From NCBI GenBank assembly GCA_964396205.1, contig CAYNEJ010000002.1:2631-66630 (forward strand): a DNA stretch of 64,000 nt, in the 5' to 3' direction. This DNA is from an uncultured Syntrophaceae bacterium (GTDB taxonomy: Bacteria; Desulfobacterota; Syntrophia; Syntrophales; PHBD01). The notes beneath the pieces are model-generated. The model did not search any database. It had not been told where the DNA came from and was given only the letters and a program-made list of their open reading frames with translations. Below are positions 45,280 through 57,252 of the stretch, in pieces. The translations under genes were made by a program, and so were the position numbers. Position 1 is the first letter of the stretch; each line of letters starts with the position of its first letter.

Positions 45280-46065
45280 ATGAAAAAATACGGTTGGTTC
45301 TGTTTGCTGCTGAGCTTGCTGGTTCTTCTCGGGTGTACATGTCCGTTTCAGAAGAACGTGAAAGGCGCTTCCGACCTTCAGATGCTGACGGAGGAATACC
45401 CGCCCGTGACATTCATGAAGGACGGGAAGGTCGCCGGTTTCGTCACGGACGTGGTGCGGGAGATCGCTGCCCGCCAGGGAATCCGGGACAACATCCGGCT
45501 GACCTCCTGGGACGAGGCCTACAAAACGGCCCTGAGCAGGCCGAACGTCGTGCTTTTCAGCACGGAGCGGACGGAAAAAAGGGAGCAGCTCTTTCACTGG
45601 GTGGGACCGGTCGGAAAAAACAGCGCCATCCTTTACGCGAAGAAAGGCTCCGGCATCCGGATCAACAGCCTGGATGACGCCAGAAAGGTTGCCGCCATCG
45701 CCACGACGACCGACTGGTTCACGGAACAGAACCTGAAGAGCAAAGGATTCACGAATCTCGTCAGCTCGCCCCTTCCCGTCACCAATGTCACGCAGCTCAT
45801 GAAGGGCGAGGTTCAGCTTGCCGTCTTCACCGACGTTACCGTCCCGCAGATTGTGAAAAATGCGGGATACAGCATGAACGACCTGGAGCCGGTCTATCCC
45901 GTGAGCAGCACGTACTTTTACATTGCCATATCGCGTGGCACGCCGGAAGAGACGGTCAGGAAATGGCAGTCCACTCTGGACGGCCTGAAAGCGGACGGGA
46001 ACTTCGAAACGATATACCGGCGGTATCTGCCCAACGCGGATCTCGCCGATCTGCTGAGAAAATAG
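45280..46065 (+). CDS. SBP_bac_3-type substrate-binding lipoprotein
   Basis: Lipobox LLVLLGCT. EEYPPVTF...LFSTERTEKREQLFHWVGP, paralogous to the N-terminal half of the previous gene. Confidence 0.85.
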   Translation: MKKYGWFCLLLSLLVLLGCTCPFQKNVKGASDLQMLTEEYPPVTFMKDGKVAGFVTDVVREIAARQGIRDNIRLTSWDEAYKTALSRPNVVLFSTERTEKREQLFHWVGPVGKNSAILYAKKGSGIRINSLDDARKVAAIATTTDWFTEQNLKSKGFTNLVSSPLPVTNVTQLMKGEVQLAVFTDVTVPQIVKNAGYSMNDLEPVYPVSSTYFYIAISRGTPEETVRKWQSTLDGLKADGNFETIYRRYLPNADLADLLRK

Positions 46066-46426
46066 GGAATCAATTTTTACCGGCGGCACGCCGTTTCCAT
46101 GTTTTCCATCAAGATCAGGCGGGAGTCATGGCCGTCCGTCCTGCCGGGAGATGCGATACAGGTCTCCCGACAGGACCGCCGGCATGGTCCGCCTCATGGA
46201 CATCGATGATCCGAGCCTCTCGACACCATGAAACCTCCTTCATCAATTTCTCCAAAAAATTAAAAATATTCGGCTTTGTATCAAAATCTGGTATAAAAAT
46301 ACCGGCCGTACCCGGGGCAAAGAAGCGGAGGCTGGAAAATCAGCCGCAATTTCCATCGTCCGCCTGACGCATCGTGGAGCTGGCCGGTTGTGAATGTTTT
46401 TTTCTCCTTTCAGGCCGGTGAGAGAC

Positions 46427-49036
<2,610 letters not shown>

Positions 49037-49313
49037 TGGTGCAAAGTGCCTTGTCACCCTGGACGCGGCGGCGCCTTCAGAAGAGCGGATCCGGGGCGGG
49101 GTGCCGGGCCGGGTGAAAAGCGGCGGGAAATAAACCGGCGAAGAATTCAGCATGGACGCGGAGAAAAATTGCAGATAGATTAACCGTGCCTTTGCCGCCC
49201 GGGGCAGGGGCGGGAAGCGGGATCGGACGGGTGGAAGAGGAACGGTGTATCGACGCCGGGATGCCCCCCCCGGTCGCGGATGGCGTCGGGAAGAAGGAGG
49301 CAGGAGCCGATTC

Positions 49314-49610
49314 ATGACGAAAGTTCCCGTGTCAAAACTCGAGCCTGGCATGAAACTGGCCAAGCCGGTGACCGCCGGAAGCGGCATGGTCTTGCTTGGC
49401 GAGGGCACGGAACTCACTGCCGCGCGGATCGAACGAATCCAGGATATGAACATTGCCAGTGTCTTTGTGGAGGGTCCGCCGGTTCAGGCCGTCGGGAAGG
49501 AGGAAGCCCTGGACAACCTTGACGCGAGATTTTCCCGTGTGGAAGGCAAGCCTGCTATGGATCGAATCAAAAGAATCGTGAAAGAGCATATTGAAGGCCT
49601 GTATGAGTAA
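49314..49610 (+). CDS. small protein resembling the N-terminal (DUF3391-like) module of HD-GYP proteins
   Basis: ATG after GAAGGAGG. VSKLEPGMKLAKPVT...GMVLLGEGTELT. The family call is tentative. Confidence 0.6.
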   Translation: MTKVPVSKLEPGMKLAKPVTAGSGMVLLGEGTELTAARIERIQDMNIASVFVEGPPVQAVGKEEALDNLDARFSRVEGKPAMDRIKRIVKEHIEGLYE

Positions 49611-50436
49611 CGTGGATCCCAGAGTCCTGCGGCACAAGGTGGAAAACATCCATGCACTTCCAACCGTGCCCGCCGTGCTGAAGCGGCTTTCGGTCGTCAT
49701 TGAAAAACCGCGTGTCACCATTACGGAAATCAGCGCTTTTATCTCCAACGATCCGGCCTTGACCACCAGGGTCCTGAAGATGGTCAATTCAAGCGTTTAC
49801 GGATTCCCCGGCAGGATTGCCTCCGTCTCTCACGCAACGATGCTTCTCGGGCTGAATGTCATCAAGGGACTGCTGCTCGGAGTTTCCGTCTTTGACTTGA
49901 TGGAGAAGACGATGAAAGGGCTCTGCACGCACTCGCTTGCCTGTGCCGTTGCTTCCCGCGTCATCGCCCGGAAGAAGGGAATCAAGGAGCCGGAGGAAGT
50001 GTCCGTTGCGGGACTGTTGCACGACATCGGCAAGGTGATCCTGATCCTTGAATTCCCCGCGGAATATGAATCGGTGATGGCTGAAGCCCAGGGGAAGGGA
50101 CTCTCGATCTTCGACGCAGAAAAAAAGCAGTTCCAGGCAACACACGCCGACGCAGGCGGCTGGCTTGCCGAAAAATGGCGCTTCCCGCGCCACCTGATCG
50201 AGGTGATCGAACATCATCACAGGCCGGCGCTGGCCAGGAACGCCCGACTGGAAACAGCCATTGTGCACATGGCGGATATTCTTGTCCGCGCCCGCGGGTT
50301 CGGCTTTGCCGGGGAAATCTTCGTTCCGGAAGTCTACGCCGGCGCCTGTGACCTTCTCAGACTCTCCGACGACGATATCAAAGACGTGCTGAGAGAGATG
50401 GAAGACAATATGGAATCGGCGGATGATATCTACTGA
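49603..50436 (+). CDS. HDOD domain-containing protein
   Basis: LPTVPAVLKRL...ISNDPALTTRVLKMVNSSVYG...LLHDIGK. It overlaps the upstream gene by 8 nt. Confidence 0.9.
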   Translation: MSNVDPRVLRHKVENIHALPTVPAVLKRLSVVIEKPRVTITEISAFISNDPALTTRVLKMVNSSVYGFPGRIASVSHATMLLGLNVIKGLLLGVSVFDLMEKTMKGLCTHSLACAVASRVIARKKGIKEPEEVSVAGLLHDIGKVILILEFPAEYESVMAEAQGKGLSIFDAEKKQFQATHADAGGWLAEKWRFPRHLIEVIEHHHRPALARNARLETAIVHMADILVRARGFGFAGEIFVPEVYAGACDLLRLSDDDIKDVLREMEDNMESADDIY

Positions 50437-50440
50437 TCGC

Positions 50441-51454
50441 ATGAAAACCATCGTGATCGTATCCCGGGATGTCGTTCTGAACGGTTCCGTCGAACGCAGC
50501 ACAACAGGTCTCTACCGGAGCGTTGTCTTCCGCAGCATGTCCTCCGCGATCGATTATATCTATCATTCCACTACCAACCTGATTGTTGTCGGCATGACGA
50601 ATGATGATCGGGCGGCCTTTCAGATCATCAACGATATCAAGACGGACCCTCTTTTTCATCACCTGCCCGTGCTGGCCATCCTTCCCGGAGAATTCGACAT
50701 CGACCGGCTCGGCGAGCTGATGGTGGAGGATTACATCTGGAGGGATGATTTCGATCGCGATTTCCTGCCGCGGGTCCACCTGTCCATCTCCCGCTCTGAA
50801 AAAATCGTGGAGATGAATCCGCTCACGCGCCTGCCGGGGAACATTTCCATCAGCCGGGAGATTCAACAGCGGCTGGAAAAGAATCAGGATTTCGCTCTCG
50901 GCTATGCGGACCTCGATTGTTTCAAGCCGTACAATGACCGGTACGGTTTCAGCCGCGGCGATGAAGTGATCAAAATGACCGGCCGGCTGATTCTGGGCAT
51001 TGTGCAAGCCAGGCAGCCGCAAGGCGGTTTCGTCGGCCACATCGGCGGGGATGACTTCGTTTTCATCATCGACGTCGACCTGGCCGAGGAAACGGCGAAG
51101 GAAATCATCAAGGCTTTTGACAGCCTGATTCCCGGCTGTTACGACAGGGAAGATTCGAGCCGCGGCTTCATCCGGTCGTTTGACCGCAAGGGAAAGGCGC
51201 TGCGTTTCCCCGTCATGAGCATCTCCATCGGCATCACCGGGACGCGCTTTCGCCGTTTTTCCCATTATGGAGAAGTCACCGAATCGGCGACGGAAATGAA
51301 GCAATTCGCCAAGCAGTTCAAAGGAAGCTGCTATTACCTGGACCGAAGACAGGCCCCTCAAAACGAACCGGTACCGGCTGCACGGAGCGGTCAACCCGGG
51401 AAGCCCCGTAAAAAAAGTGGAGCCGGTAGATCGACCGGAGAACCCCGACCATGA
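50441..51454 (+). CDS. GGDEF-family protein with degenerate receiver-like N-terminus and GGDDF motif
   Basis: LTRLPGN...[21 protein letters not shown]...[11 protein letters not shown]. The N-terminal REC-like fold lacks the acidic pocket (IVIVSRD; [10 protein letters not shown]). Confidence 0.85.
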   Translation: MKTIVIVSRDVVLNGSVERSTTGLYRSVVFRSMSSAIDYIYHSTTNLIVVGMTNDDRAAFQIINDIKTDPLFHHLPVLAILPGEFDIDRLGELMVEDYIWRDDFDRDFLPRVHLSISRSEKIVEMNPLTRLPGNISISREIQQRLEKNQDFALGYADLDCFKPYNDRYGFSRGDEVIKMTGRLILGIVQARQPQGGFVGHIGGDDFVFIIDVDLAEETAKEIIKAFDSLIPGCYDREDSSRGFIRSFDRKGKALRFPVMSISIGITGTRFRRFSHYGEVTESATEMKQFAKQFKGSCYYLDRRQAPQNEPVPAARSGQPGKPRKKSGAGRSTGEPRP

Positions 51455-51870
51455 AATCCTACCGTGAAGAGCTCTGGTTCAACATCCCCGCCCGGCGGGG
51501 CCTCGTCAACATCACCCCCGCGGTGGAGGAGTGCCTGCGGAAAAGCGGCGTCCGGGAGGGGATGGTCCTGGTCAACGCCATGCACATCACCGCGTCGGTC
51601 TTCATCAACGACGACGAGCCGGGACTGCACCAGGACTATGAGGACTGGCTGGAGAAGCTGGCCCCCCACGAGCCCGTGTCCCGCTACCGCCACAACCGGA
51701 CGGGGGAGGACAACGGGGACGCCCACCTGAAGCGGCAGGTCATGGGCCGGGAAGTCGTTGTGGCCGTCACCGCCGGGAGGCTGGACTTCGGCCCCTGGGA
51801 GCAGATCTTCTACGGAGAGTTCGACGGCCGCAGGAGAAAGCGGGTGCTCGTCAAGATCATCGGCGAGTGA
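51451..51870 (+). CDS. YjbQ-family (secondary thiamine-phosphate synthase-like) protein
   Basis: ATGA overlap with the upstream gene. [15 protein letters not shown]...GDAHLK...[18 protein letters not shown]. Confidence 0.9.
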   Translation: MKSYREELWFNIPARRGLVNITPAVEECLRKSGVREGMVLVNAMHITASVFINDDEPGLHQDYEDWLEKLAPHEPVSRYRHNRTGEDNGDAHLKRQVMGREVVVAVTAGRLDFGPWEQIFYGEFDGRRRKRVLVKIIGE

Positions 51871-51907
51871 ATGAAGACAGGAAATCAATCATTTTCAGGA
51901 GGAAGCC

Positions 51908-52465
51908 ATGTTCATGTTCGTTGTCTTCGCCGGGGCGGTTGCGATCGTCGTCATCGGCATTGTCCTTTACAATGCGCTGGTCCGGGGCCGGAATACCGTG
52001 GAATCCACCTGGGCGGACGTCGACGTCCTCCTGAAAAAGCGCTACGACCTGGTGCCGAACCTGGCCGAGGCGGTCCGCGCCTATGCGGCCCATGAGCGGG
52101 GCCTCTTCGACAAGCTGTCGGAGGCCCGGTTCGCCGCCGCCGGAGCGCCGACCCCGGCGGCGAAGACAAAGGCCGAGAACGCCCTGACCGAGGCCGTCCG
52201 CGGCCTCTTCGCCGTCGCCGAGGCCTACCCGGACCTGAAGGCCAGCGAGGAGTTCATGCAGCTGCAGCAGCAGCTCCGGGAGCTGGAGGACGCCATCGAG
52301 GCAGCCCGGAGGACCTACAATGCCGTCGTCCGGGAGTTCAACATCCGGATCGAGTCCTTCCCCTCCAACGTTGTCGCCACCTGGTTCGAGTTCAAGAAGG
52401 CGGACTTCTTCGAGCTCGAGGAGCCCGATGTCGAGAAAAAGCCGGTGAAAGTCAGCTTTTCATGA
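51908..52465 (+). CDS. lemA: LemA family protein
   Basis: N-terminal TM. YNALV...WADVDVLLKRYDLVPNL...AYPDLKASEEFMQLQ. Confidence 0.9.
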   Translation: MFMFVVFAGAVAIVVIGIVLYNALVRGRNTVESTWADVDVLLKKRYDLVPNLAEAVRAYAAHERGLFDKLSEARFAAAGAPTPAAKTKAENALTEAVRGLFAVAEAYPDLKASEEFMQLQQQLRELEDAIEAARRTYNAVVREFNIRIESFPSNVVATWFEFKKADFFELEEPDVEKKPVKVSFS

Positions 52466-53748
52466 GACCGGCCGGCCGCCGTCCGGGAAGCCTGCCGCAC
52501 TGGGCCTGGCTTATCCTCGGCGCCGGTTTCCTGGATCTCTTCGTCAACTACTCCGTCCGCCTCGGCTACGGCGTGGTCCTCCCCGAGATGATCCGGGACC
52601 TGGACCTCAGCCGCGCCGCCGGCGGAACCATCTACAATGCCTACCTGTTCACGTACATCGCCCTGACGCCCCTGACGGGCTGGCTCACCGACCGGATCGG
52701 CGCCCGGCGGGTCATCCCGGCCTGCCTCGCCGTCCTGGGCCTCGGCGTTCTCCTGATGGCGAGGGTATCGAGCCTCGAGGGTGCCTGCCTGGCCTACGCG
52801 GTCGTGGGCGTGGGGGCCACGGGGATCTGGACGCCCGTCCTGGCGGTCGTCCAGCGCTGGTTTGTCCCGCAGCGGCGCGGCCTCGCCCTCGGCATCCTCT
52901 CCACGGGATACGGCCTCGGCTTTGCGGCCGTCGGCGCCTTCTTTCCCCTGGTGGCGGGTCAGTTCGGCTGGCGCCACACCTGGACCATCCTGGGCGCGGC
53001 CGCTCTGGTCCTCGTGGCGGTCAACGGCCTGCTCCTCCGCAACGACCCGGAATCCTGCGGCGTTGATCCCTGGGGCGGGGAGGGAATGGAAGGCGGCTCG
53101 GCGGGCATTGCGGAGGAGGAGCCGTCGGTCAGCCTGCGGGAGGAGATCTTCCGGAATCCGACGTTCTGGTGGATCGGTCTTTCCTATCTCTGCATCTCCT
53201 ATTCCCTCTACGGGATCACCACGTTCATGGTGGACTACGCCCGGGACCAGGCGGGGTTTTCCCTCGGGGCGGCAAGCTTCCTGGCGACGATTCACGGCTC
53301 GTTTCAGGTCCTGGGCGTCCTGACGCTGCTGCCCCTGTCGGACCGGCTGGGGCGGAGGCGGACCATCCTGCTGTCGAACCTGTGCATCGCCCTGGCCGTC
53401 CTGGGGATCGTCGCGGCCGGCTCAGGGCAGGCGGCCCTGTACGCGGTGGTAGGCGTCTTCGCCGTCTTCTACGGTGTTACGTTTCCCATCTACGGCGCCT
53501 GCGCCGGCGATTACTTCCCCCGGCGGATCATCGGGACCGTCATCGGGGCCTGGACGCCCCTGTACGGCGGCGGGGCAATCCTCTCCCACTGGGTGGGGGG
53601 AATGCTGCGGGACGCCCTGGGAACCTACAAGGCCGCCTTCCTGCTGGACGCGGGAATGGCCGTCGCCGCCGCGGCGCTGTTTCTGGCCGTTCGGAAACCG
53701 TCTCCCCCGGGGAGCCGCGCTTCCCTCCCGTCCTCTTCAGAAGGGTGA
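52462..53748 (+). CDS. MFS transporter
   Basis: About 12 hydrophobic segments. GWLTDRIGARR loop motif. ATGA overlap with lemA. Confidence 0.9.
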   Translation: MRPAGRRPGSLPHWAWLILGAGFLDLFVNYSVRLGYGVVLPEMIRDLDLSRAAGGTIYNAYLFTYIALTPLTGWLTDRIGARRVIPACLAVLGLGVLLMARVSSLEGACLAYAVVGVGATGIWTPVLAVVQRWFVPQRRGLALGILSTGYGLGFAAVGAFFPLVAGQFGWRHTWTILGAAALVLVAVNGLLLRNDPESCGVDPWGGEGMEGGSAGIAEEEPSVSLREEIFRNPTFWWIGLSYLCISYSLYGITTFMVDYARDQAGFSLGAASFLATIHGSFQVLGVLTLLPLSDRLGRRRTILLSNLCIALAVLGIVAAGSGQAALYAVVGVFAVFYGVTFPIYGACAGDYFPRRIIGTVIGAWTPLYGGGAILSHWVGGMLRDALGTYKAAFLLDAGMAVAAAALFLAVRKPSPPGSRASLPSSSEG

Positions 53749-53886
53749 GCCGCCGGGTCCCCTTCATCTTCCGGAAAGTCGCCCTCCTGCCGGTTCTTCT
53801 CGATGACCCACCGCTCCTTCACTTTCTCCCGTACCCGCAGCGGGAAGGGGAAATGCCCGACGATTGCGACGTTCCGGCCCTTTCCC
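53735..53886 (-). pseudogene. internally deleted remnant of a DUF364 paralog
   Basis: 53783-53886 matches 33267-33370 at 96/104 positions by hand alignment. 53735-53783 matches 32974-33022 at about 40/49. Roughly 240 nt of the intact gene is missing between them. There is no intact ORF. Confidence 0.7.
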
Positions 53887-54089
53887 CATGCCGCCTTTTT
53901 GCCCGCGGCATCCTTACGGGCTGGACGACTGCTCCGTGTTGGGGTAGGTAAGACACATCCGGGCTTCACCCGTTCACCAATGCGCCGGGAAGGTTCTCTG
54001 CGGCGCGGGGGAGTTCCGGGCAGGGGAAGGGGCATCAGCCCGGCCGCATGATGAGGATGTCGGCCGGTTACGATTTGAAAGGAGCGGGA

Positions 54090-54557
54090 ATGGATACGAA
54101 AACGCGCATAGGAATCATTATCTGCGACCGCTATCGCCGCTGTGCGGGCGGGAAATGTCTCCGGTCGATGAGAAACCGGGAAGGGGCGTTCAGCATCTAC
54201 GCGGGCAGAGAGATCGAGCTGGTCGGCTTCACCACGTGCGACGGCTGCCCCGGGGGGAACATCGAATATGCGGGCGAGGAAATGGTGAAAAACGGAGCGG
54301 ACGTGATTCACCTGGCCACGGGCCTCGTGGTGGGCTATCCTCCCTGTCCTCACATCGAAACGTTTATGGCGTTTCTTGAAAAGCGCTATCCGGTGCGGGT
54401 GGTTGCCGGAACGCATCCCATCCCGACCAAGTATCTCGATATGCACACGGCCCTCGGAACATGGGAAGGTTCCGCCTGGAAACGGCTCATTGACCCGACC
54501 GTGAGCGATGAAGCGACGCGTGCGCGTTATGATTCGTCAGTGGGCCCGGGTTCCTGA
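54090..54557 (+). CDS. CGGC domain-containing protein
   Basis: ATG 54090 after AAAGGAG. GIIICDRYRRCAGGKC...TCDGCPGG. Confidence 0.8.
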   Translation: MDTKTRIGIIICDRYRRCAGGKCLRSMRNREGAFSIYAGREIELVGFTTCDGCPGGNIEYAGEEMVKNGADVIHLATGLVVGYPPCPHIETFMAFLEKRYPVRVVAGTHPIPTKYLDMHTALGTWEGSAWKRLIDPTVSDEATRARYDSSVGPGS

Positions 54558-54786
54558 AGAATACGAGCAGATGCGCCTGGGCATCGGCGAGACCCTCATT
54601 CCGCCCGGCGCGCTCAGGAAGCGCCTGGGCGAGCTCACCCGGGACAAGGATCGGGAGATCACCTGCTCCTGCAAGATCTCCCTCAGGGGCTGCGAGTCGG
54701 CCCTGATCCTGCAGGCGAACGGCTGGAGGAACGTCAAGGTCATGGAGGGCGGCATCATGGCGTGGCCCTATTTGAGGGAGAAATGA
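54508..54786 (+). CDS. short rhodanese-like domain protein
   Basis: VPEEYE...IPPGALRKRLGELTRDKDREI..SCKISLRG(C-x4-R loop)...LQANGWRNVKVMEGGIMAW. The start is uncertain (54508 overlaps the CGGC gene by 50 nt; ATG 54571 is the alternative). Confidence 0.6.
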   Translation: MKRRVRVMIRQWARVPEEYEQMRLGIGETLIPPGALRKRLGELTRDKDREITCSCKISLRGCESALILQANGWRNVKVMEGGIMAWPYLREK

Positions 54787-55733
54787 AGACTTCCCTGGAT
54801 TGCCTTCCCTGCCTGTTGCGGACGGCCCTGGAGGCTGCCCGGATGGCCTCGGGGGATTCCCTTGTCCGGGAGAGGGTCGTTCGGGACCTGCTTCGGTGGT
54901 TCAGCGAAATGGACATGGGCGGGTCGCCGCCCCTCCTGGCGCAGCGCATCCACCGGCGGCTCCGGGAGCTCACCGGCGTGAAGGACCCGTACCGCGAGGC
55001 CAAGGACCAGCAGAACCGGATGGCCCTGCACTTTTTAAAGGAGCACAAAACCTGGATCGACGACGCGCCGGACCCGCTGGACCTGGCCGTGCGATTGGCC
55101 GTCGCGGCCAACATCATCGACTTGGGGGCCAAGACCTCGCTGCCGGAGGAGGAGATCCGGCCGGTGCTGGCCCAAGCCGTCCGGGAGCCGGTCACGGGGG
55201 ACCTGGAGAGCTTCCGCGGGGCCGCCGCACGGGCCCGGCGGATCCTGTACCTGGCCGACAACGCCGGGGAGATCGTCTTCGACCGCCTGCTCATCGAGCG
55301 GCTTTCGCCGGACCGGGTCACCCTGGCCGTTCGCGGGAAGCCCGTCATCAACGACGCAACCCTGGAGGATGCGCGGGCCGCGGGTCTTCACGAGCTTGTC
55401 GAGGTCGTCGACAACGGCTCGGACGCGCCGGGAACGGTCCTGGCGGATTGCAGCCCGGACTTCGTGCGCCGCTTCGCCGAAGCCGATCTGATCCTCGCCA
55501 AGGGGCAGGGCAACTACGAGACCCTGAGCGGCGAACCGGGCAACATCTTTTTCCTGTTCAAGGTGAAGTGCCCCGTGGTGGCGGGACACGTCGGCCTGCC
55601 CGTGGGAGCCCACGTCCTGGCAAAAGGAAGTGCCTTGCGGGGGGATCCGGCGCCTGGGGAGGCCGGCCGGGTCGCCGGCGAGCCGGATAAACCGGGTCTC
55701 GACCGGGGCATTGCAGGGAAGGGGAGGTCATGA
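54783..55733 (+). CDS. DUF89/ARMT1-like damage-control phosphatase family protein
   Basis: ATGA overlap with the rhodanese ORF. SLDCLPCLLRTALEAAR...KDPYREAK...YLADNAGEIVFD...VINDAT. Confidence 0.85.
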   Translation: MKTSLDCLPCLLRTALEAARMASGDSLVRERVVRDLLRWFSEMDMGGSPPLLAQRIHRRLRELTGVKDPYREAKDQQNRMALHFLKEHKTWIDDAPDPLDLAVRLAVAANIIDLGAKTSLPEEEIRPVLAQAVREPVTGDLESFRGAAARARRILYLADNAGEIVFDRLLIERLSPDRVTLAVRGKPVINDATLEDARAAGLHELVEVVDNGSDAPGTVLADCSPDFVRRFAEADLILAKGQGNYETLSGEPGNIFFLFKVKCPVVAGHVGLPVGAHVLAKGSALRGDPAPGEAGRVAGEPDKPGLDRGIAGKGRS

Positions 55734-57043
55734 GTCATCACCTGCAGAAAACGGGATACACGGCCCTGGTGGACCGGCTGAACCGGTTCCCCCAGGGGGC
55801 GCCGCCGTCGGAGCTGCTCTACAAGATCCTCAGCATCCTGTTCCGGGAGAAGGAGGCGGCCCTGGTCTCACTCCTCCCGATCCGCCCCTTCACGGCGGAG
55901 CAGGCGGCCCGCCGCTGGAAGATGAGCGTAGCGGAGACGAGAAAGATCCTGGACGAGCTGGCGGGGCGGGCGATCCTTCTCGACACGGAGAACGAGGAGG
56001 GCGTGCAGACCTGGGTGCTCCCGCCGCCCATGGCCGGCTTCTTCGAGTTCTCCCTCATGCGGACCCGCGGGGACATCGATCAGAAGGTGCTCAGCGAACT
56101 GTTCTACCAGTACCTCAACGTGGAGGAGGACTTCGTCCGGGAGCTCTTTGCGGACGCGGAGACGCGGCTCGGCCGGGCCTTCGTCCACGAGCCGGCCCTG
56201 CCGGACGAGCCGGGCCTCCTGATCCTCGACTACGAGCGGGCCACGGAGGTCATCCGGACCGCCTCGGTCCGGGGCGTCAGCACCTGCTACTGCCGCCACA
56301 AGATGGGGCACCTGGGCCTTGCCTGCGACGCGCCCCTTGAGATCTGCATGACCTTCAACGGCTCGGCGGAGTCCCTGGTGAAGCACGGCCACGCCCGGGC
56401 CGTGGAGGTGGCGGAGGGGCTGGACCTCCTCCGGGAGGCCTGGGAGCGGAGCCTCGTCCAGTTCGGCTCCAACGTCCGGGAGCAGGTCAACTTCATCTGC
56501 AACTGCTGCGGCTGCTGCTGCGAGGCTATGATCGCGGCGCGCCGCTTCTCCCTCCTTCACCCGGTCCAAACAACGAACTTCCTGCCGGAAGTCTCGGAGG
56601 AGGACTGCACCGGCTGCGGGCGGTGCGCCGACGTCTGCCCTGTGGAGGCCATGACCCTGGTCTCGGCGAACGAACCCGCTAAGCCGAAGAAGCGGATGGC
56701 GCGGCTCCGGGAGGAGATCTGCCTGGGCTGCGGCGTCTGCGTCCGCGCCTGCCGGGAGGGCCTGATCCGGCTTGTGAGCCGGCCCGAACGGGTCATCACC
56801 CCCCTCAACACGGCGCACCTGGCCGTCGTCATGGCCGTCGAGCGGGGAAAGCTGCAGAACCTGATCTTCGACAACCGGGCGCTCTTCAGCCACCGGGCCA
56901 TGGCGGCGATCCTGGGGGCGATCCTCCGGCTTCCGCCGGTGAAGCAGGCCATGGCGTCCCGGCAGATGAAGTCCCGCTACCTGGAGGCCTTGATCCGGAG
57001 AATGAAGGATAACGGGGGGATCGCCCCAGCCTCCCGCGAGTGA
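55730..57043 (+). CDS. 4Fe-4S dicluster protein with CNCCxCCC motif (paralog of 24072..25157)
   Basis: ATGA overlap with DUF89. ICNCCGCCCE, CTGCGRCADVCP and CLGCGVCVRAC. Confidence 0.85.
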   Translation: MSHHLQKTGYTALVDRLNRFPQGAPPSELLYKILSILFREKEAALVSLLPIRPFTAEQAARRWKMSVAETRKILDELAGRAILLDTENEEGVQTWVLPPPMAGFFEFSLMRTRGDIDQKVLSELFYQYLNVEEDFVRELFADAETRLGRAFVHEPALPDEPGLLILDYERATEVIRTASVRGVSTCYCRHKMGHLGLACDAPLEICMTFNGSAESLVKHGHARAVEVAEGLDLLREAWERSLVQFGSNVREQVNFICNCCGCCCEAMIAARRFSLLHPVQTTNFLPEVSEEDCTGCGRCADVCPVEAMTLVSANEPAKPKKRMARLREEICLGCGVCVRACREGLIRLVSRPERVITPLNTAHLAVVMAVERGKLQNLIFDNRALFSHRAMAAILGAILRLPPVKQAMASRQMKSRYLEALIRRMKDNGGIAPASRE

Positions 57044-57194
57044 TTCGCCCGCCCCCGCATTTTCCTCGCCGCCGGCCCCTTCTGTTTCCTTCCATTTCCC
57101 GCCGAAATAGGGTATCTCGTGTCGGCGATCCGGTACAATAATGTGCCGCGTCGAGATCGGAACGGCTCTATTCGAAAACGAGTCAGGCCTGTTT

Positions 57195-57223
57195 GCGGAT
57201 TGAAAAATCCGCCCTGCTTTTTT
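57195..57223 (+). terminator. hairpin plus T-run between Fe-S gene and DUF1846 gene
   Basis: GCGGATT-gaaa-AATCCGC, then cctgcTTTTTT. It is nested inside a CCTGTT...AACAGG outer pairing. Confidence 0.3.
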
Positions 57224-57252
57224 CAACAGGCGATGATCCGGAGGAGGAAGGG

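Noticed and set aside
46090-46250. Possible small minus-strand ORFs after a GAAGGAGG-like sequence
   Set aside because: The reading frames end after 11-26 codons, with no recognisable features.
46270-46310. AT-rich segment with short inverted repeat GGTAT-aaaa-ATACC upstream of the hybrid kinase
   Set aside because: The stem is only 5 bp and I could not align convincing -35/-10 or regulator consensus. I noted it as a probable promoter region only.
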